64,000 nt of DNA, from positions 256,001 to 320,000 of the forward strand of contig CAWEJX010000020.1 in the NCBI GenBank assembly GCA_963809485.1, read 5' to 3'. Shown here in pieces: positions 9,824-21,844 of this stretch. How positions within the stretch are numbered: the stretch's first letter is position 1; every line of letters starts with the position of its first letter. A program made the position numbers and the translations under genes. The notes under the pieces are model-generated. The model ran no database searches, was not told the DNA's origin, and saw only the letters and a list, made by a program, of their open reading frames with translations. The stretch comes from an uncultured Acidobacteriota bacterium (GTDB lineage: Bacteria; Acidobacteriota; UBA6911).

Positions 9824-12800
9824 TGCAATCGGTTCGGCGCGGCGCGCCTTCTGTTTCTGAATCAACTCCACATCGAGGCAGAGGCTCTGCAGCTCGCGTA
9901 TCAGAACGTTGAAGGACTCGGGGATTCCCGGCGTGAAATGGGATTCCCCTTTGACGATGGCTTCATAAATTTTGGTGCGGCCCTGTATGTCGTCGGACTT
10001 TGCCGTCAAAAGTTCCTGGAGGATGTTGGCCGCGCCGTAGGCTTCCAGAGCCCAGACTTCCATTTCCCCGAACCTCTGGCCGCCGAACTGCGCTTTCCCG
10101 CCCAAAGGCTGCTGGGTGATGAGAGAGTACGGGCCGATGCTCCGGGCATGAATCTTGTCATCCACGAGGTGGGACAGCTTCAGGATGTAGATGTATCCGA
10201 CCGTAACCTTCTGATCGAATCGCTCGCCCGTCATCCCGTCGTAAAGGTCGATTTTGCCGCTCTCGGGCAACTCCGCCCGTTTCAGCATCTCCTTGATCTC
10301 CGACTCCGAAGCTCCGTCGAAAACCGGCGTCGAGAAATAGAGCCCCAGGGCTTTGGCGGCCCATCCGAGGTGCGTTTCCAGGATCTGCCCCACGTTCATA
10401 CGGGAGGGCACGCCGAGAGGATTCAGAACGATCTCGATCGCGGTGCCGTCCGGCAGGTAGGGCATATCCTCTTCCGGCAATATACGCGCGATCACGCCCT
10501 TGTTCCCATGGCGCCCGGCCATCTTGTCGCCGACCGACAGCTTGCGTTTCATGGCGACATAGACTTTGACCATTTTGATCACGCCGGGGGGGAGCTCGTC
10601 CCCGCGGCGCAGTTTCTGGAGCTGCTCTTCGTGGAGGTTTTTCAGTATCTGGATCTGCTTCTCAGTTTTTTCCTCGAGCCTCTTGACGCTCTCGTAAACT
10701 TTCCCTTCCTTTTCGGCCTTGAAATCGTTCTTTATCTTGTTCAGTTCGGTCGAACTGAGTTCCTGGAGCACGGAACGCGTCAACTTGGTCTTCTTTTTGA
10801 TCAGCACTTCCCCGGACCGGCTGAGGATATCGTCGGGCAGCACTTCGCCGCTGAAAATATCGATGAGGCGCTTGTTCCGCTCCTCCTTGATAATGCGGAT
10901 CTCGTCGTTGAGATCCTTCTCCATTTTGTCGACCTGTTCCTTCTCGATCTGCTTGGCGCGTTCATCCTTCGGAACGCCCTTGCGCGAAAAGATTTTGACA
11001 TCGACAATCGTGCCCTCGATGCCGGGAGGCGTCACCAGGGAAGCGTCCCGGACCTCTCCCGCCTTTTCGCCGAAAATTGCCCGGAGCAGCTTTTCCTCAG
11101 GCGACAACTGGGTCTCGCCCTTGGGAGTCACTTTGCCGACCAGGACATCTCCGGGCCGCACCTTGGCGCCGATGCGGATGATCCCGCTCTCATCCAGATC
11201 GCGCAGGCTGGCGTCGCTGACATTGGGGATGTCGCGCGTGATTTCCTCGGGCCCCAGCTTTGTGTCCCGGGCCTCGATTTCCAGCTCCTCGATATGGATG
11301 GACGTGTAGCTGTCCTCTTTGACCAGCTTTTCGCTGACCAGGATGGCATCCTCGAAGTTGTAGCCGCGCCAGGGCATGAACGCGACCAGAACGTTGCGGC
11401 CAAGAGCAAGTTCGCCCTTGTCCGTGCACGGGCCGTCCGCCAGGACCTGTCCGCGCAGCACGGGCGCCCCTCTCTGGACAAGGGGCATCTGATTGATGCA
11501 GGTATTCTGGTTCGAGCGCTTGAACTTGGTAAGGGCGTAGATGTCCACGCCTGCATCGCGGGCGGCGGACTTGCCGTTTCCGCCGTCTCCTTCGACGCGG
11601 ACGATGATGCGCGTGGAGTCCACGCTGTCGACCAGGCCCGCGCGCTTGCAGATGACCACTGCACCGGAATCCTTGGCGGTGAGGTACTCCATTCCCGTCC
11701 CGATATACGGAGCCTCAGCATGCAGGAGGGGAACCGCCTGGCGCTGCATGTTCGATCCCATGAGAGCGCGGTTCGCGTCGTCGTGTTCGAGGAAGGGGAT
11801 CAGGCTGGCCGCCACGCTCACCAGCTGCTTGGGCGAAACATCGATGTACTGGACATCTTCCTTCGGGACAAGCACGAAGTTGCCTCCCTTGCGCGCATTG
11901 ACGCGGTCCTGCAGCATCTTGCCATGCTCATCCAGCTCGACGTTGGCCTGGGCGATGGTATATTCCTCCGCTTCCCAGGCTGTCTGGTAGAAGGAATAGG
12001 GGTCATACTGAGACGGACGCTTTTCGGCGGCTTCGCAGCGCCGGTTTTCTTTTTCCACCAGATCCTTCTCGATCCGTTCGCCCACCTTGAAATGCGTATC
12101 ACCCGGGAAAACGATGTGACAGAATTCCAGGGCTCTGCCGTCCTTGACTTTGCGGTACGGAGACTCGATGAAGCCGTACTCATTGATTCGTGCGTAGCAG
12201 CTCAGGGAGGATATCAGGCCAATATTCGGTCCTTCCGGAGTCTCGATCGGGCAGATGCGCCCGTAATGAGTGGGATGCACGTCCCGGACCTCGAATCCCG
12301 CCCGTTCACGGCTAAGACCTCCCGGACCAAGGGCCGAAAGCCGGCGCTTATGCGTAATCTCAGAGAGCGGGTTGGTCTGGTCCATGAATTGCGAGAGCTG
12401 GCTGCTCCCGAAAAATTCCCTTATGGAGGCCATGACCGGCTTGGCATTGATCAGGTCATGCGGCATGGCGGTGGTCATTTCCTGGTGAACGGACATCTTT
12501 TCCTTGATGGCGCGCTCCATGCGGACCAGACCGATGCGGAACTGGTTTTCGAGCAGTTCGCCGACGGCGCGCACCCTGCGGTTACCAAGGTGGTCGATAT
12601 CATCCACGCTACCGATATTTTTGACGAGCCTGAGGGCATATTTAATGACCGCGTAAAAATCCTCTGCTGTCAGCGTGCGCTGATCCAGCGAAGTGTTCAG
12701 ACCCAGCTTGATGTTGAACTTGAGCCGCCCAACCTTGGAGAAATCATACTTGCGCGGGTCATAGAACATGCCTTCAAACAGGGCCGTTGCGGTTTCCAGG

Positions 12801-14122
12801 GTCGGCGGATCACCCGGCCGCTGCTTCCGGTAGATTTCGATGAGTGCGTCGGCCTGGGATTTTATGTGGTCCTTGTTGAGGGTCTGAGAAATCGTGGCTC
12901 CCGTGTCTTCCCGTTCGGGGAAGAATACCTCCAGCGAATAAATTCCGGACTCGCTCAGGACGGTAAGGATCCGGGGAGTCACTTCGGTGTTGGACTCCGT
13001 GAGGATTTCCCCCGTTTCGTGGTTGATCACTTCCGAGATGCACAGGGCGCCCGCCAGAGCCTCGAACTCGGTCCTGATCTCTTTCACGCCGGCCTTCACG
13101 ACCTGGTTGTAAAGCCCTTCGACAATTTTCTTGCCCTTTGGGACGAGAATCCCCTTGCCCTTGGGATCCTTGATGTCGTCGTTAGCCTTGGATCCTATCA
13201 GATCCCGGCCGAGGGTCCGGTAGAGTTCTTTTTCCTCCCAGCGGATGGTTACAGGCTCGTAGAAAGCCCGGAGTATATCGGCGTCGCCGCTGAGCCCCAG
13301 GGCCCGCAGAAATGTGGTGGCCAGGAACTTCCTCTTGCGGTCGATGCGGACATACAGGATGTTCTTCTGGTCGAATTCAAATTCGACCCAGGATCCCCGG
13401 TAGGGAATGATCTTGGCCAGGATGAAGGTACGCCCCGCGTTGGATTCGAAAAACACGCCGGGGGATCGATGCAGCTGGCTGACGATGACCCGCTCCGTGC
13501 CGTTTACGATGAAGGTCCCGTTTTCCGTCATTAGCGGGATATCGCCGAAATAGACCTCCTGCTCCTTGATATCGCGGACGCTCTTCCCCTCGGTTTCGGC
13601 ATCCTTATCCCACACGACCAGGCGCACGGTGACTTTCAAGGGAACAGCAAAGGTCATGCCTCTTTCCTGGCATTCCTCCACGGTGTATTTGACGTTCAGT
13701 TCAACCGTGCCGCCGCAAAATTCGCATCGCGGATTTTCAATTTCGTTCTTCGCGCCGCAGTGTCTGCAATTGCCGCTTTCCGGATTATAGGGGCTGTTGA
13801 CGATCGCCTTGCCGCATTCCGCGCAGGCAGCTTTCAGGTAGTCCAGTCCCTTCAGATTTCCGCACTTGCACTGCCAGTTCCCGATCGAGTATTCCACGAA
13901 TTCCAGAGAGGAGGTGCCGCGGAAATCGTTGATGGGGAACACCGAGTTGAAAACGGCCTGGAGTCCCACATCCTCGCGTTCCGGCGGAGGAACGTCCATC
14001 TGCAGAAAGCGATGGTACGATTTTCTCTGAACTTCGATCAAATTCGGAATAGGGATACTGGTGTGGATCTTGGCAAAATCCATGCGATCCCGATACACAT
14101 TCGAAGTGCTGATATTGGTCAT
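9818..14122 (-). CDS. rpoB: DNA-directed RNA polymerase beta subunit
   Basis: [33 protein letters not shown] and [13 protein letters not shown] motifs; 1434 aa. Confidence 0.99.
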   Translation of the reverse strand: MTNISTSNVYRDRMDFAKIHTSIPIPNLIEVQRKSYHRFLQMDVPPPEREDVGLQAVFNSVFPINDFRGTSSLEFVEYSIGNWQCKCGNLKGLDYLKAACAECGKAIVNSPYNPESGNCRHCGAKNEIENPRCEFCGGTVELNVKYTVEECQERGMTFAVPLKVTVRLVVWDKDAETEGKSVRDIKEQEVYFGDIPLMTENGTFIVNGTERVIVSQLHRSPGVFFESNAGRTFILAKIIPYRGSWVEFEFDQKNILYVRIDRKRKFLATTFLRALGLSGDADILRAFYEPVTIRWEEKELYRTLGRDLIGSKANDDIKDPKGKGILVPKGKKIVEGLYNQVVKAGVKEIRTEFEALAGALCISEVINHETGEILTESNTEVTPRILTVLSESGIYSLEVFFPEREDTGATISQTLNKDHIKSQADALIEIYRKQRPGDPPTLETATALFEGMFYDPRKYDFSKVGRLKFNIKLGLNTSLDQRTLTAEDFYAVIKYALRLVKNIGSVDDIDHLGNRRVRAVGELLENQFRIGLVRMERAIKEKMSVHQEMTTAMPHDLINAKPVMASIREFFGSSQLSQFMDQTNPLSEITHKRRLSALGPGGLSRERAGFEVRDVHPTHYGRICPIETPEGPNIGLISSLSCYARINEYGFIESPYRKVKDGRALEFCHIVFPGDTHFKVGERIEKDLVEKENRRCEAAEKRPSQYDPYSFYQTAWEAEEYTIAQANVELDEHGKMLQDRVNARKGGNFVLVPKEDVQYIDVSPKQLVSVAASLIPFLEHDDANRALMGSNMQRQAVPLLHAEAPYIGTGMEYLTAKDSGAVVICKRAGLVDSVDSTRIIVRVEGDGGNGKSAARDAGVDIYALTKFKRSNQNTCINQMPLVQRGAPVLRGQVLADGPCTDKGELALGRNVLVAFMPWRGYNFEDAILVSEKLVKEDSYTSIHIEELEIEARDTKLGPEEITRDIPNVSDASLRDLDESGIIRIGAKVRPGDVLVGKVTPKGETQLSPEEKLLRAIFGEKAGEVRDASLVTPPGIEGTIVDVKIFSRKGVPKDERAKQIEKEQVDKMEKDLNDEIRIIKEERNKRLIDIFSGEVLPDDILSRSGEVLIKKKTKLTRSVLQELSSTELNKIKNDFKAEKEGKVYESVKRLEEKTEKQIQILKNLHEEQLQKLRRGDELPPGVIKMVKVYVAMKRKLSVGDKMAGRHGNKGVIARILPEEDMPYLPDGTAIEIVLNPLGVPSRMNVGQILETHLGWAAKALGLYFSTPVFDGASESEIKEMLKRAELPESGKIDLYDGMTGERFDQKVTVGYIYILKLSHLVDDKIHARSIGPYSLITQQPLGGKAQFGGQRFGEMEVWALEAYGAANILQELLTAKSDDIQGRTKIYEAIVKGESHFTPGIPESFNVLIRELQSLCLDVELIQKQKARRAEPIAE

Positions 14123-14406
14123 TGAGAAATTTACCTCGAAAAGCTCAATTAGGTTTCGACGTGCCTTTGGGGGGAGCCCAATTCAGGGGATAAAGGGAGA
14201 AAGGCACACCCCGGCCCTTATCCGCCTGAGAGCGCAAAATTTTAACTCTCTGTTTCCCCGAATCTGAAGGCCTGTGCACTGTGACCTCATATTGGGGCGT
14301 GCAATTGGGAGGCCCGCTGGAGCCAGCGTCCGAACGCAATAAGGATCGGGGCGGCCTATCCCGCGAAATCCCTGTCCCGCACCCAGGCGCGCGTTCGCGA
14401 GTCGCG

Positions 14407-14796
14407 TTACTTGATCTCCACGGTAGCGCCGGCTTCCTCGAACTTCTTTTTGATGGTCTCGGCTTCTTCCTTGGAAACGCCTTCCTTGATCGGCTTGGGA
14501 GCGCCCTCGACCAGGTCCTTGGCTTCCTTCAAGCCCAGGCTCGTCACTTCGCGAACCGCTTTGATTACATTGATCTTTTTTTCGCCGACAGCGCTCAGAA
14601 TGACGTTGAATTCCGTCTTTTCTTCCGCTGCAGGCTTTGCCTCGGCGCCGCCCGCGGGAGCACCGCCCACCATCATCGGCATGGCGGCCGCCGCGCTGAT
14701 GCCGTATTTATCTTCGAGGCTCTTGACCAGGTCCGAAATCTCCAGCATCGTGGCCTGGTCGATCCATTCCAAAACTTCGTTTTTTGTAATCGCCAT
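14407..14796 (-). CDS. rplL: 50S ribosomal protein L7/L12
   Basis: [10 protein letters not shown]...[24 protein letters not shown]. Confidence 0.98.
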   Translation of the reverse strand: MAITKNEVLEWIDQATMLEISDLVKSLEDKYGISAAAAMPMMVGGAPAGGAEAKPAAEEKTEFNVILSAVGEKKINVIKAVREVTSLGLKEAKDLVEGAPKPIKEGVSKEEAETIKKKFEEAGATVEIK

Positions 14797-14848
14797 CTTG
14801 AACTCCTATAGGATTTGATAGAGATGAATTGCCGAAATTGCCCGGCTC

Positions 14849-15355
14849 CTATTTTTGAACCTGTTTCAGAACCAGGTTCAAATTCCGTACCGGAGCCGTC
14901 AGAACCGTATGAAGTCTCTGCAAAGGCGCTTTGAGGAGGAAGACCAGCTTGCCCAGCATCACCTCCCTCGAAGGCATCGAGGCAATCGCCTGTATTTCGC
15001 TCGCAGGAACCACCTTACCCTCGACCAGCGCAGCCTTGAACGCGAAGCTCGGGTTGCTTTTGCTGATCTCGGTCAGAAGCTTGGCCAATCCCACGACATC
15101 CTTGCGATGGTAAGCCACGGCGGTCGGCCCTTCAAAAAAGGGCGTCAGCTGCTCCAGTTTGGTTTCCTTGGCGGCCCGCAGCGCCAGGGTGTTTTTCACC
15201 ACCACGTAACATCCGTCAATTTCCCTGATCTTGCGACGCAATTCCGTCGCATCCACTACCTTCAAACCGCGGTAGTTGATCAGAAAGGCGCTGTTGATCG
15301 AGCGGAACTGCTCGCTCAGGGAATCCACTGTCTGTTGTTTTTCTGCTTTATTCAT
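14849..15355 (-). CDS. rplJ: 50S ribosomal protein L10
   Basis: YRGLKV..ATELR...VVKNTL...GPTAVA...MPSRE. Start reassigned to MNKAEK (ATG at 15355). Confidence 0.96.
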   Translation of the reverse strand: MNKAEKQQTVDSLSEQFRSINSAFLINYRGLKVVDATELRRKIREIDGCYVVVKNTLALRAAKETKLEQLTPFFEGPTAVAYHRKDVVGLAKLLTEISKSNPSFAFKAALVEGKVVPASEIQAIASMPSREVMLGKLVFLLKAPLQRLHTVLTAPVRNLNLVLKQVQK

Positions 15356-15445
15356 GAGAAAAGACCTTATGGGCACCGGGCCCGGCGTCAAAAGGCCCGA
15401 CTGGACGACGAGGCGCACCTCACGCCAGGCGGGAGCCCGGCATCA

Positions 15446-16144
15446 TTAAGCATGAGTCTCGATGGACGCTTCATCCACCCAGATTCCGGGACTCATGGTA
15501 GAAGAAATAGAAATGCTCTTCACGTATTTACCCTTGCTGCTTGCAGGTTTGGCCCTGAGGACGGCCTCGATCAGGGCTTTGGCGTTTTCATACAGGTTCT
15601 TCTCTTCAAACCGGATTTTTCCGCACGGCGCATGAATAATCCCGGTCTTGTCGACACGGAACTCAACCTTGCCGGCCTTAATCTCCCGGATAGCTTTCGC
15701 CACCTCGAAAGTCACGGTTCCCGTCTTGGGGTTGGGCATGAGGCCGCGAGGGCCCAGCACCTTTCCCAGCTTGCCGACACTGCGCATCATGTCAGGCGTC
15801 GCAACCACAGCGTCGAAATCCATCCAGCCGCCGGATATTTTTTCAACGATATCGTCGCCCCCTACTTCGTCGGCCCCGGCATCCCGGGCCTCTTTGACTT
15901 TTTCGCCGGAGGCGATCGCCACGACCCGCTTGCTTCTGCCCAGTCCGTTGGGAAGCACGACCGTTCCGCGCACCATCTGGTCCGCATGCTTCGGATCGAC
16001 TCCCAGCTTCATCGATATTTCAACCGTCTCGTCAAACTTGGCATAGGCGATTTTCTTGAGCAGCGGCACCGCCTCGTCGAGACTGTAAAGCTTCCTATCC
16101 CGGGCAGCGGCGGCCTTCGTATAATTTTTCCCCGCTTTAGGCAT
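15446..16144 (-). CDS. rplA: 50S ribosomal protein L1
   Basis: [37 protein letters not shown]. Confidence 0.98.
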   Translation of the reverse strand: MPKAGKNYTKAAAARDRKLYSLDEAVPLLKKIAYAKFDETVEISMKLGVDPKHADQMVRGTVVLPNGLGRSKRVVAIASGEKVKEARDAGADEVGGDDIVEKISGGWMDFDAVVATPDMMRSVGKLGKVLGPRGLMPNPKTGTVTFEVAKAIREIKAGKVEFRVDKTGIIHAPCGKIRFEEKNLYENAKALIEAVLRAKPASSKGKYVKSISISSTMSPGIWVDEASIETHA

Positions 16145-16196
16145 TGCATCCCACCTCGTATATTACAGGCCGGCTCCGCAGGAGCCCTGCCCTGAA

Positions 16197-16622
16197 CTAC
16201 TTTTCGACTTCAACCCCCATGCTGCGGGCAGTGCCCAGCACAATTTTAACAGCAGCGTCAATGTCCGAAGCATTGAGGTCCGGCATCTTCAGCTGGGCGA
16301 TTTCCCGCACATCCTTCATGCTGACCTTGCCGACCTTGTTTTTATTGGGCTCCCCGGAGCCCTTCGCAATATTGGCCGCTTTCTTCAGCAGCACGGCTGC
16401 GGGGGGGGTCTTGGTGACGAACGAATACGTCCGATCCGCGTAAACGGTCACAACGACCGGGATAATCAGTCCCTCCTGCTTGGCGGTCTTGGCGTTGAAT
16501 GCCTTGCAGAAATCCATGATGTTCAGGCCGTGGGGTCCCAGAGCCGACCCCACCGGGGGCGCCGGCGTCGCTTTTCCAGCCGCCACCTGCAGTTTGACGT
16601 TTGCCACTATCTTTTTTGCCAT
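16197..16622 (-). CDS. rplK: 50S ribosomal protein L11
   Basis: [33 protein letters not shown]. Confidence 0.98.
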   Translation of the reverse strand: MAKKIVANVKLQVAAGKATPAPPVGSALGPHGLNIMDFCKAFNAKTAKQEGLIIPVVVTVYADRTYSFVTKTPPAAVLLKKAANIAKGSGEPNKNKVGKVSMKDVREIAQLKMPDLNASDIDAAVKIVLGTARSMGVEVEK

Positions 16623-16667
16623 CGAAAAACTCCATGGGGACCGGCGTTCCAGCCGCCGGCTTCCTGC

Positions 16668-17204
16668 CTATGTCTTTTCCACCTGCTCGGTTTCCAGTTC
16701 TACCGGGGTAGCCCTTCCCAGGATGGTGAGCATCACTTTCAAGGTATTCCTGTCAGGGTTGACATCCTCTACCGTCCCCGTGAAGTCCTTGAAAGGCCCG
16801 TCGGTGATCTTCACCGGATCGCCGCGGTCAAACGTGAACTTCGGCTTGGGCTGTTCGGCCGTTACCGAAACCCTGTTGACCACCTCATTGATCTCCTCCT
16901 CTGTCAGAGGAGTAGGTTTTTTTCCGGTACTGATAAAACCCGTAACCTTGGGAGTGCCGCGCACTATGTGCCAGGCCTTATCCGTCATGTCCATTTCAAC
17001 GAGGATATAGCCCGGAAACGTCAGCTTGGTCGTAACGATCTTTTTCCCGCTTTTGGTCTCGACCACGTCCTCCGTGGGTATCAGGATCTGCCCGATGCAC
17101 TCTCCCAGGTCATAGGCTTCGATTCGGTTCATGAGGCTTTCCGCAACTTTGCGCTCATATCCCGAGTACGTGTGAATGATGTACCATTTCTTCGAACTAT
17201 CCAT
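16668..17204 (-). CDS. nusG: Transcription termination/antitermination factor NusG
   Basis: [20 protein letters not shown] and a KOW motif ([11 protein letters not shown]). Confidence 0.97.
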   Translation of the reverse strand: MDSSKKWYIIHTYSGYERKVAESLMNRIEAYDLGECIGQILIPTEDVVETKSGKKIVTTKLTFPGYILVEMDMTDKAWHIVRGTPKVTGFISTGKKPTPLTEEEINEVVNRVSVTAEQPKPKFTFDRGDPVKITDGPFKDFTGTVEDVNPDRNTLKVMLTILGRATPVELETEQVEKT

Positions 17205-17213
17205 GTTCCCGCT

Positions 17214-17447
17214 TCAGAGTTGTGCCGAAAACGCACGGAAAAACAGGTTCCTGCCGAACTGCACGATAATATCTGCTGCAAATAGGTAGAATCCGAAGAA
17301 AAACACCGCCGCAATCACCACCAGGGTCGTTCCGGTCACTTCCCTCCGCCCCGGCCACGATACATTATTGAGTTCTTTCCGTGTATCCTTGACAAAATCA
17401 ATGATTCCGACGAACCATTTCCTTAATTTTTCCCAAAAATCTTTCAT
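17214..17447 (-). CDS. secE: Preprotein translocase subunit SecE
   Basis: ELNNVSWP motif plus one TM helix, located between tRNA-Trp and nusG. Confidence 0.93.
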   Translation of the reverse strand: MKDFWEKLRKWFVGIIDFVKDTRKELNNVSWPGRREVTGTTLVVIAAVFFFGFYLFAADIIVQFGRNLFFRAFSAQL

Positions 17448-17508
17448 TCGCTTAGCTCCGCAAACGTCCTGCAGGCAGCCTCGTCATTCGCGGCCGGGAG
17501 TACTAAAC

Positions 17509-17584
17509 TGGCAGGCCAGGAGGGACTCGAACCCCCAACATGCGGTTTTGGAGACCGCCGCTCTACCATTCGAGCTACTGGCCT
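17509..17584 (-). tRNA. tRNA-Trp (CCA)
   Basis: AGGCCAG...GCGGTCTCCAAAACCGC...GTTCGAGTC...CTGGCCTGCCA, 76 nt with encoded CCA. Confidence 0.96.
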
Positions 17585-17618
17585 GTACATATCCCTTTCC
17601 CCTATCGGGAGCTCGCGC

Positions 17619-17768
17619 TCAGCGTGTTTCCTTGTGCGGAGTATGAGCGCGGCAATGGTTACAGAATTTCTTAAGCTCCAACCGCTCCGTCGTCGTCTTC
17701 TTGTTCTTCGTAGACGTGTAGTTGCGGTTCCTGCATTTAGTGCATTCCAAAGTAATGATGTCTCGCAT
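17619..17768 (-). CDS. rpmG: 50S ribosomal protein L33, Zn-binding form (not in the ORF track)
   Basis: Manual translation [49 protein letters not shown] with two CxxC motifs. Confidence 0.96.
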   Translation of the reverse strand: MRDIITLECTKCRNRNYTSTKNKKTTTERLELKKFCNHCRAHTPHKETR

Positions 17769-17780
17769 GGCTGCCCCGGT

Positions 17781-18968
<1,188 letters not shown>

Positions 18969-19067
18969 TTTCGCTTCTCCTGGCTGTGCGCCGGGTCATT
19001 TTGTTTTTATGTTCTAATACTTTACTTTCCGATATCCGACCGATCTCAAGTAAAACGATTCACTCAG

Positions 19068-19143
<76 letters not shown>

Positions 19144-19150
19144 TGGGTTT

Positions 19151-19216
19151 CCGCCTTCGCTCCGCTTCGGCGGACAGGCCCTCGAACATCGGGTCAGCCG
19201 GAGCTTTAGCGGAGGC
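19151..19216 (-). repeat. REP-like palindromic element directly 3' of tRNA-Gly
   Basis: GCCTCCGCTAAAGCTCCGGCTG...CCGCCGAAGCGGAGCGAAGGCGG; homologous to 19309-19385 and 25019-25065. Confidence 0.7.
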
Positions 19217-19292
19217 TGGAGCGGGAGACGGGACTCGAACCCGCGACCAATAGCTTGGAAGGCTATGACTCTGCCAACTGAGTTACTCCCGC
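19217..19292 (-). tRNA. tRNA-Gly (TCC)
   Basis: GCGGGAG...ATAGCCTTCCAAGCTAT...GTTCGAGTC...CTCCCGCTCCA. Confidence 0.96.
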
Positions 19293-19308
19293 TCTCTAAT
19301 CTCAATGG

Positions 19309-19385
19309 CCCGCCTGCGCTCCGCTTCGGCGGGCAGCCTTCGCCAAAATTCCGGCTTGCCAGCCAGCCGGAGCTTTGGCGAAGGC
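19309..19385 (-). repeat. REP-like palindromic element directly 3' of tRNA-Tyr
   Basis: GCCTTCGCCAAAGCTCCGGC...GCCGGAATTTTGGCGAAGGC followed by CCCGCCGAAGCGGAGCGCAGGCGGG. Confidence 0.7.
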
Positions 19386-19473
19386 TGGTGGAGAGGGGAG
19401 GATTCGAACCTCCGTAGTCCCGAAGGACGCTGGGTTTACAGCCCAGTGCCATTAACCGCTCGACCACCTCTCC
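19386..19473 (-). tRNA. tRNA-Tyr (GTA)
   Basis: GGAGAGG...CTGGGCTGTAAACCCAG, long variable arm, CCTCTCCACCA; 88 nt. Confidence 0.96.
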
Positions 19474-19646
19474 AAAAATCCGCAAGGCATGGGAACTGTC
19501 TGCAATGCTTTGGTCTTCCGCCAAAGTGGAGTCCAGGGAGCTTACAGGTGAGCCAGAACCGACTCGCGCAACCGTTTATCTAAACGAACCGCCGACAACC
19601 GCGTTCCGCAAATCCCAAGTTTTACAGCACTTACGTCTCTCGTTCC

Positions 19647-19722
19647 TGGAGCTGGCGAGAGGATTTGAACCCCCGACCCGCTGATTACAAATCAGCTGCT
19701 CTACCAGCTGAGCTACGCCAGC
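19647..19722 (-). tRNA. tRNA-Thr (TGT)
   Basis: GCTGGCG...GCTGATTTGTAATCAGC...TTCAAAT...CGCCAGCTCCA. Confidence 0.96.
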
Positions 19723-19737
19723 ATTGACAAAGTTTTT

Positions 19738-19766
19738 AGTCTAGCACGTGAAAACTGTCACTGCAA
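19738..19766 (-). promoter_or_regulatory. Sigma-70-type promoter of the tRNA-tuf operon
   Basis: TTGCAG-N17-TAGACT with an AT-rich UP-like tract upstream, 15 bp before tRNA-Thr. Confidence 0.6.
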
Positions 19767-19981
19767 ATCAAAAATTAATAAATAACACAATCGGTTACCG
19801 TTTTTGGGGGGGCAGGGCAAAAATCCCGGGTTCCCTTGCCTCCTGCAAAGGCATCGGCGCTTTTTTCTCAGCAAATCAGCGCTGCCCGATCCTGGGATTG
19901 TCTAACCCCTGAATCCCCGGAAAAGTGCGGCATATCCGATGAAGTTACATGCCGCCTGTTCCGCAATCCGTTCCGATGGGG

Positions 19982-20205
19982 GTCAGGCACCTCCGGCAAA
20001 GCCGGAGGCAAGATTTGAACCGCTCAAAGCGGTTGGAGGAGCTACGCCGGTCTTGAACGCTGACTTACGCGGGCAAAAGCTGATGAGGCGCTTCCGACCC
20101 CCGCCGAACAAATCGGCATCTGTCAGCGCGTTTCTCGGCGTTTCAAAATACGGAGCTGTCAAACTCCTTGAGTCCCCCGGCAGAGCCGGGATTACCAATG
20201 TAATT
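19982..20205 (-). mobile_element. Non-autonomous IS200/IS605-derived element, copy 2, intermediate length
   Basis: Same three terminal hairpins as 2736-2906, plus about 55 bp of internal sequence shared with copy 3. Confidence 0.75.
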
Positions 20206-20923
20206 ATGCGTCCCTGGTAGCCCGTATCCGGAAGCCGAGAGAGTAGTTCCTCGTTCTATCCAGCCTGTCCAGGAAATACAGCACAATCGGGAAAAGCAAT
20301 CCGAAAAAAGGTGCCAACAAAAAGAACAGGATCCAGCGCCACCCTTTCTGAAAGTAACTCAAAAAATAAACGGAACGCCTCGCGCATACCCAGAAAAATC
20401 CCCCAATCGGGCTCAGCAGGTCAAGCCTGAAGGGAGAAGATTCAAAGAGCAGCCGCACTCCGTAGCGCGTAAACCGGAAATAATCGTGCGGAGCCTGATG
20501 CTCTTCCCAGAGGAATGGAACCACCATGACAAGCAGCCCGCCCGGCTTCAGCACCCTGGCAAATTCCAGAAGCACGTCGCGCGGATTGCGCGTATGTTCC
20601 AAAACCACCATGCACAGAACACAATCGACAGACGCGCCGAGGAGGGGGATTTTTTCCAGATCGCCCCGGATGTCAAGCTTCGAGTAATTCCAGGAACTGT
20701 CGCCATAGCCGGCATCCAAAGCGATATAGCGCGCCTGTTTGAAGTTTATTTTATGCCGCGCCTCGCCGGCGCCGGCGTCGAGCACTATCTGGCCTTCCCT
20801 CAGTCGGTCCGAAGCGTATCGAACCTCAGACTCGATCAGGTCCTGTACCGGATCCAGCCAGGCGATCACGGACCGGGGCAGCACCTGTTCGGCAAACGAT
20901 TTGATCCGGGAATTCAGTGCCAT
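20204..20923 (-). CDS. Class I SAM-dependent methyltransferase
   Basis: VLDAGAGE motif I, VLEH, RVLKPGG and HQAPHDYFRFT. Confidence 0.85.
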   Translation of the reverse strand: MALNSRIKSFAEQVLPRSVIAWLDPVQDLIESEVRYASDRLREGQIVLDAGAGEARHKINFKQARYIALDAGYGDSSWNYSKLDIRGDLEKIPLLGASVDCVLCMVVLEHTRNPRDVLLEFARVLKPGGLLVMVVPFLWEEHQAPHDYFRFTRYGVRLLFESSPFRLDLLSPIGGFFWVCARRSVYFLSYFQKGWRWILFFLLAPFFGLLFPIVLYFLDRLDRTRNYSLGFRIRATRDA

Positions 20924-20940
20924 CGGGATTTACCTGTGCG

Positions 20941-21732
20941 CTACCGGCGGAATATGGTGCCGTGATGATGCCTGCTAATGACGTCGGTCAGCTTTCTTTC
21001 GAGAAACCTGCAATGGCCCAGTCCCAGGCGCTGGAGAAGGAAGCGCATCATGACACCCACCGTCTTCAATCCGTAAATTGTGCTTACCTTGAAGTTGACG
21101 CTCGAGGCTTCCGGGAAATAGCGCGCCTGGACAGGGATTTCGCTGATTTTGAAGCCGAAGTAGACGGCCTGCGCGATCATCTGAGAATCAAAGACAAAAT
21201 CGTCCGAATTCAGCAGGAATGGGACCGTGGACAGCAGGTTCCGGCTGTACGCGCGAAATCCGCTGTGGCAATCGGTCAGGTGCGTTCCATAAACGATGTT
21301 TTCCGCTAAAGTAAGCACGCGGTTGGCCACGAACTTATAGATAGGCATGCCTCCCTCGAGGGCGCGTCCGTTAAGGATGCGGGAGCCCATGACCATATCG
21401 GCCTGGCCGGAAAGGATCGGCGCCACAAGTTCGGGGACGAGCCTCGAATCATACTGGTGGTCGGGATGGAGCATCACGACCACCTCGGCGCCTTCCTTTA
21501 GGGCCTCGAGATAGCAGCTCTTCTGGTTCCCGCCGTATCCGCGGTTCTGAATGTGGATGATGACCGACAGTCCGAGCGCGCGGGCGATTTCCACCGTTTG
21601 ATCCTGGCTGACATCATCGACGAGTATGATTTTGAAAACCTTGTCTTTGGGAATGTCCGAATAGGTCTTCTCAAGCGTCTGGGCGGCATTATAGGCCGGC
21701 AGCACAATTACAATTCGAGCATCGGTACTCAT
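20941..21732 (-). CDS. Glycosyltransferase family 2 (DPM1-like)
   Basis: IVLPAYNA, ILVDDVSQD, NRGYGG, HPDHQY and TDCHSGFRAYSR. Confidence 0.88.
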   Translation of the reverse strand: MSTDARIVIVLPAYNAAQTLEKTYSDIPKDKVFKIILVDDVSQDQTVEIARALGLSVIIHIQNRGYGGNQKSCYLEALKEGAEVVVMLHPDHQYDSRLVPELVAPILSGQADMVMGSRILNGRALEGGMPIYKFVANRVLTLAENIVYGTHLTDCHSGFRAYSRNLLSTVPFLLNSDDFVFDSQMIAQAVYFGFKISEIPVQARYFPEASSVNFKVSTIYGLKTVGVMMRFLLQRLGLGHCRFLERKLTDVISRHHHGTIFRR

Positions 21733-21844
21733 GGCGTCAATCCGGATTGCCTGGGTTCTGCTTCATCGGCCGCTCGCCGCTCCAAGAAGATTTTCCGGGG
21801 CAACCGATCGGCATTGAAGCAAAATCTGTCGTGTTTCAAACCTG

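Noticed and set aside
9782-13534. 1250-aa ORF antisense to rpoB (also 7343-8731, 14855-16195, 39564-40541, 59366-60511, 60616-61800)
   Set aside because: These are in-register antisense shadows of conserved genes. Such frames stay open in GC-rich DNA because TTA/CTA/TCA codons are rare. They show no recognisable domains or SD sequences.
15356-15445. L10 leader RNA before rplJ, and a structured leader before rpoB (14123-14406)
   Set aside because: GC-rich stems are possible, but I could not identify the consensus with confidence; left uncalled pending a covariance-model search.
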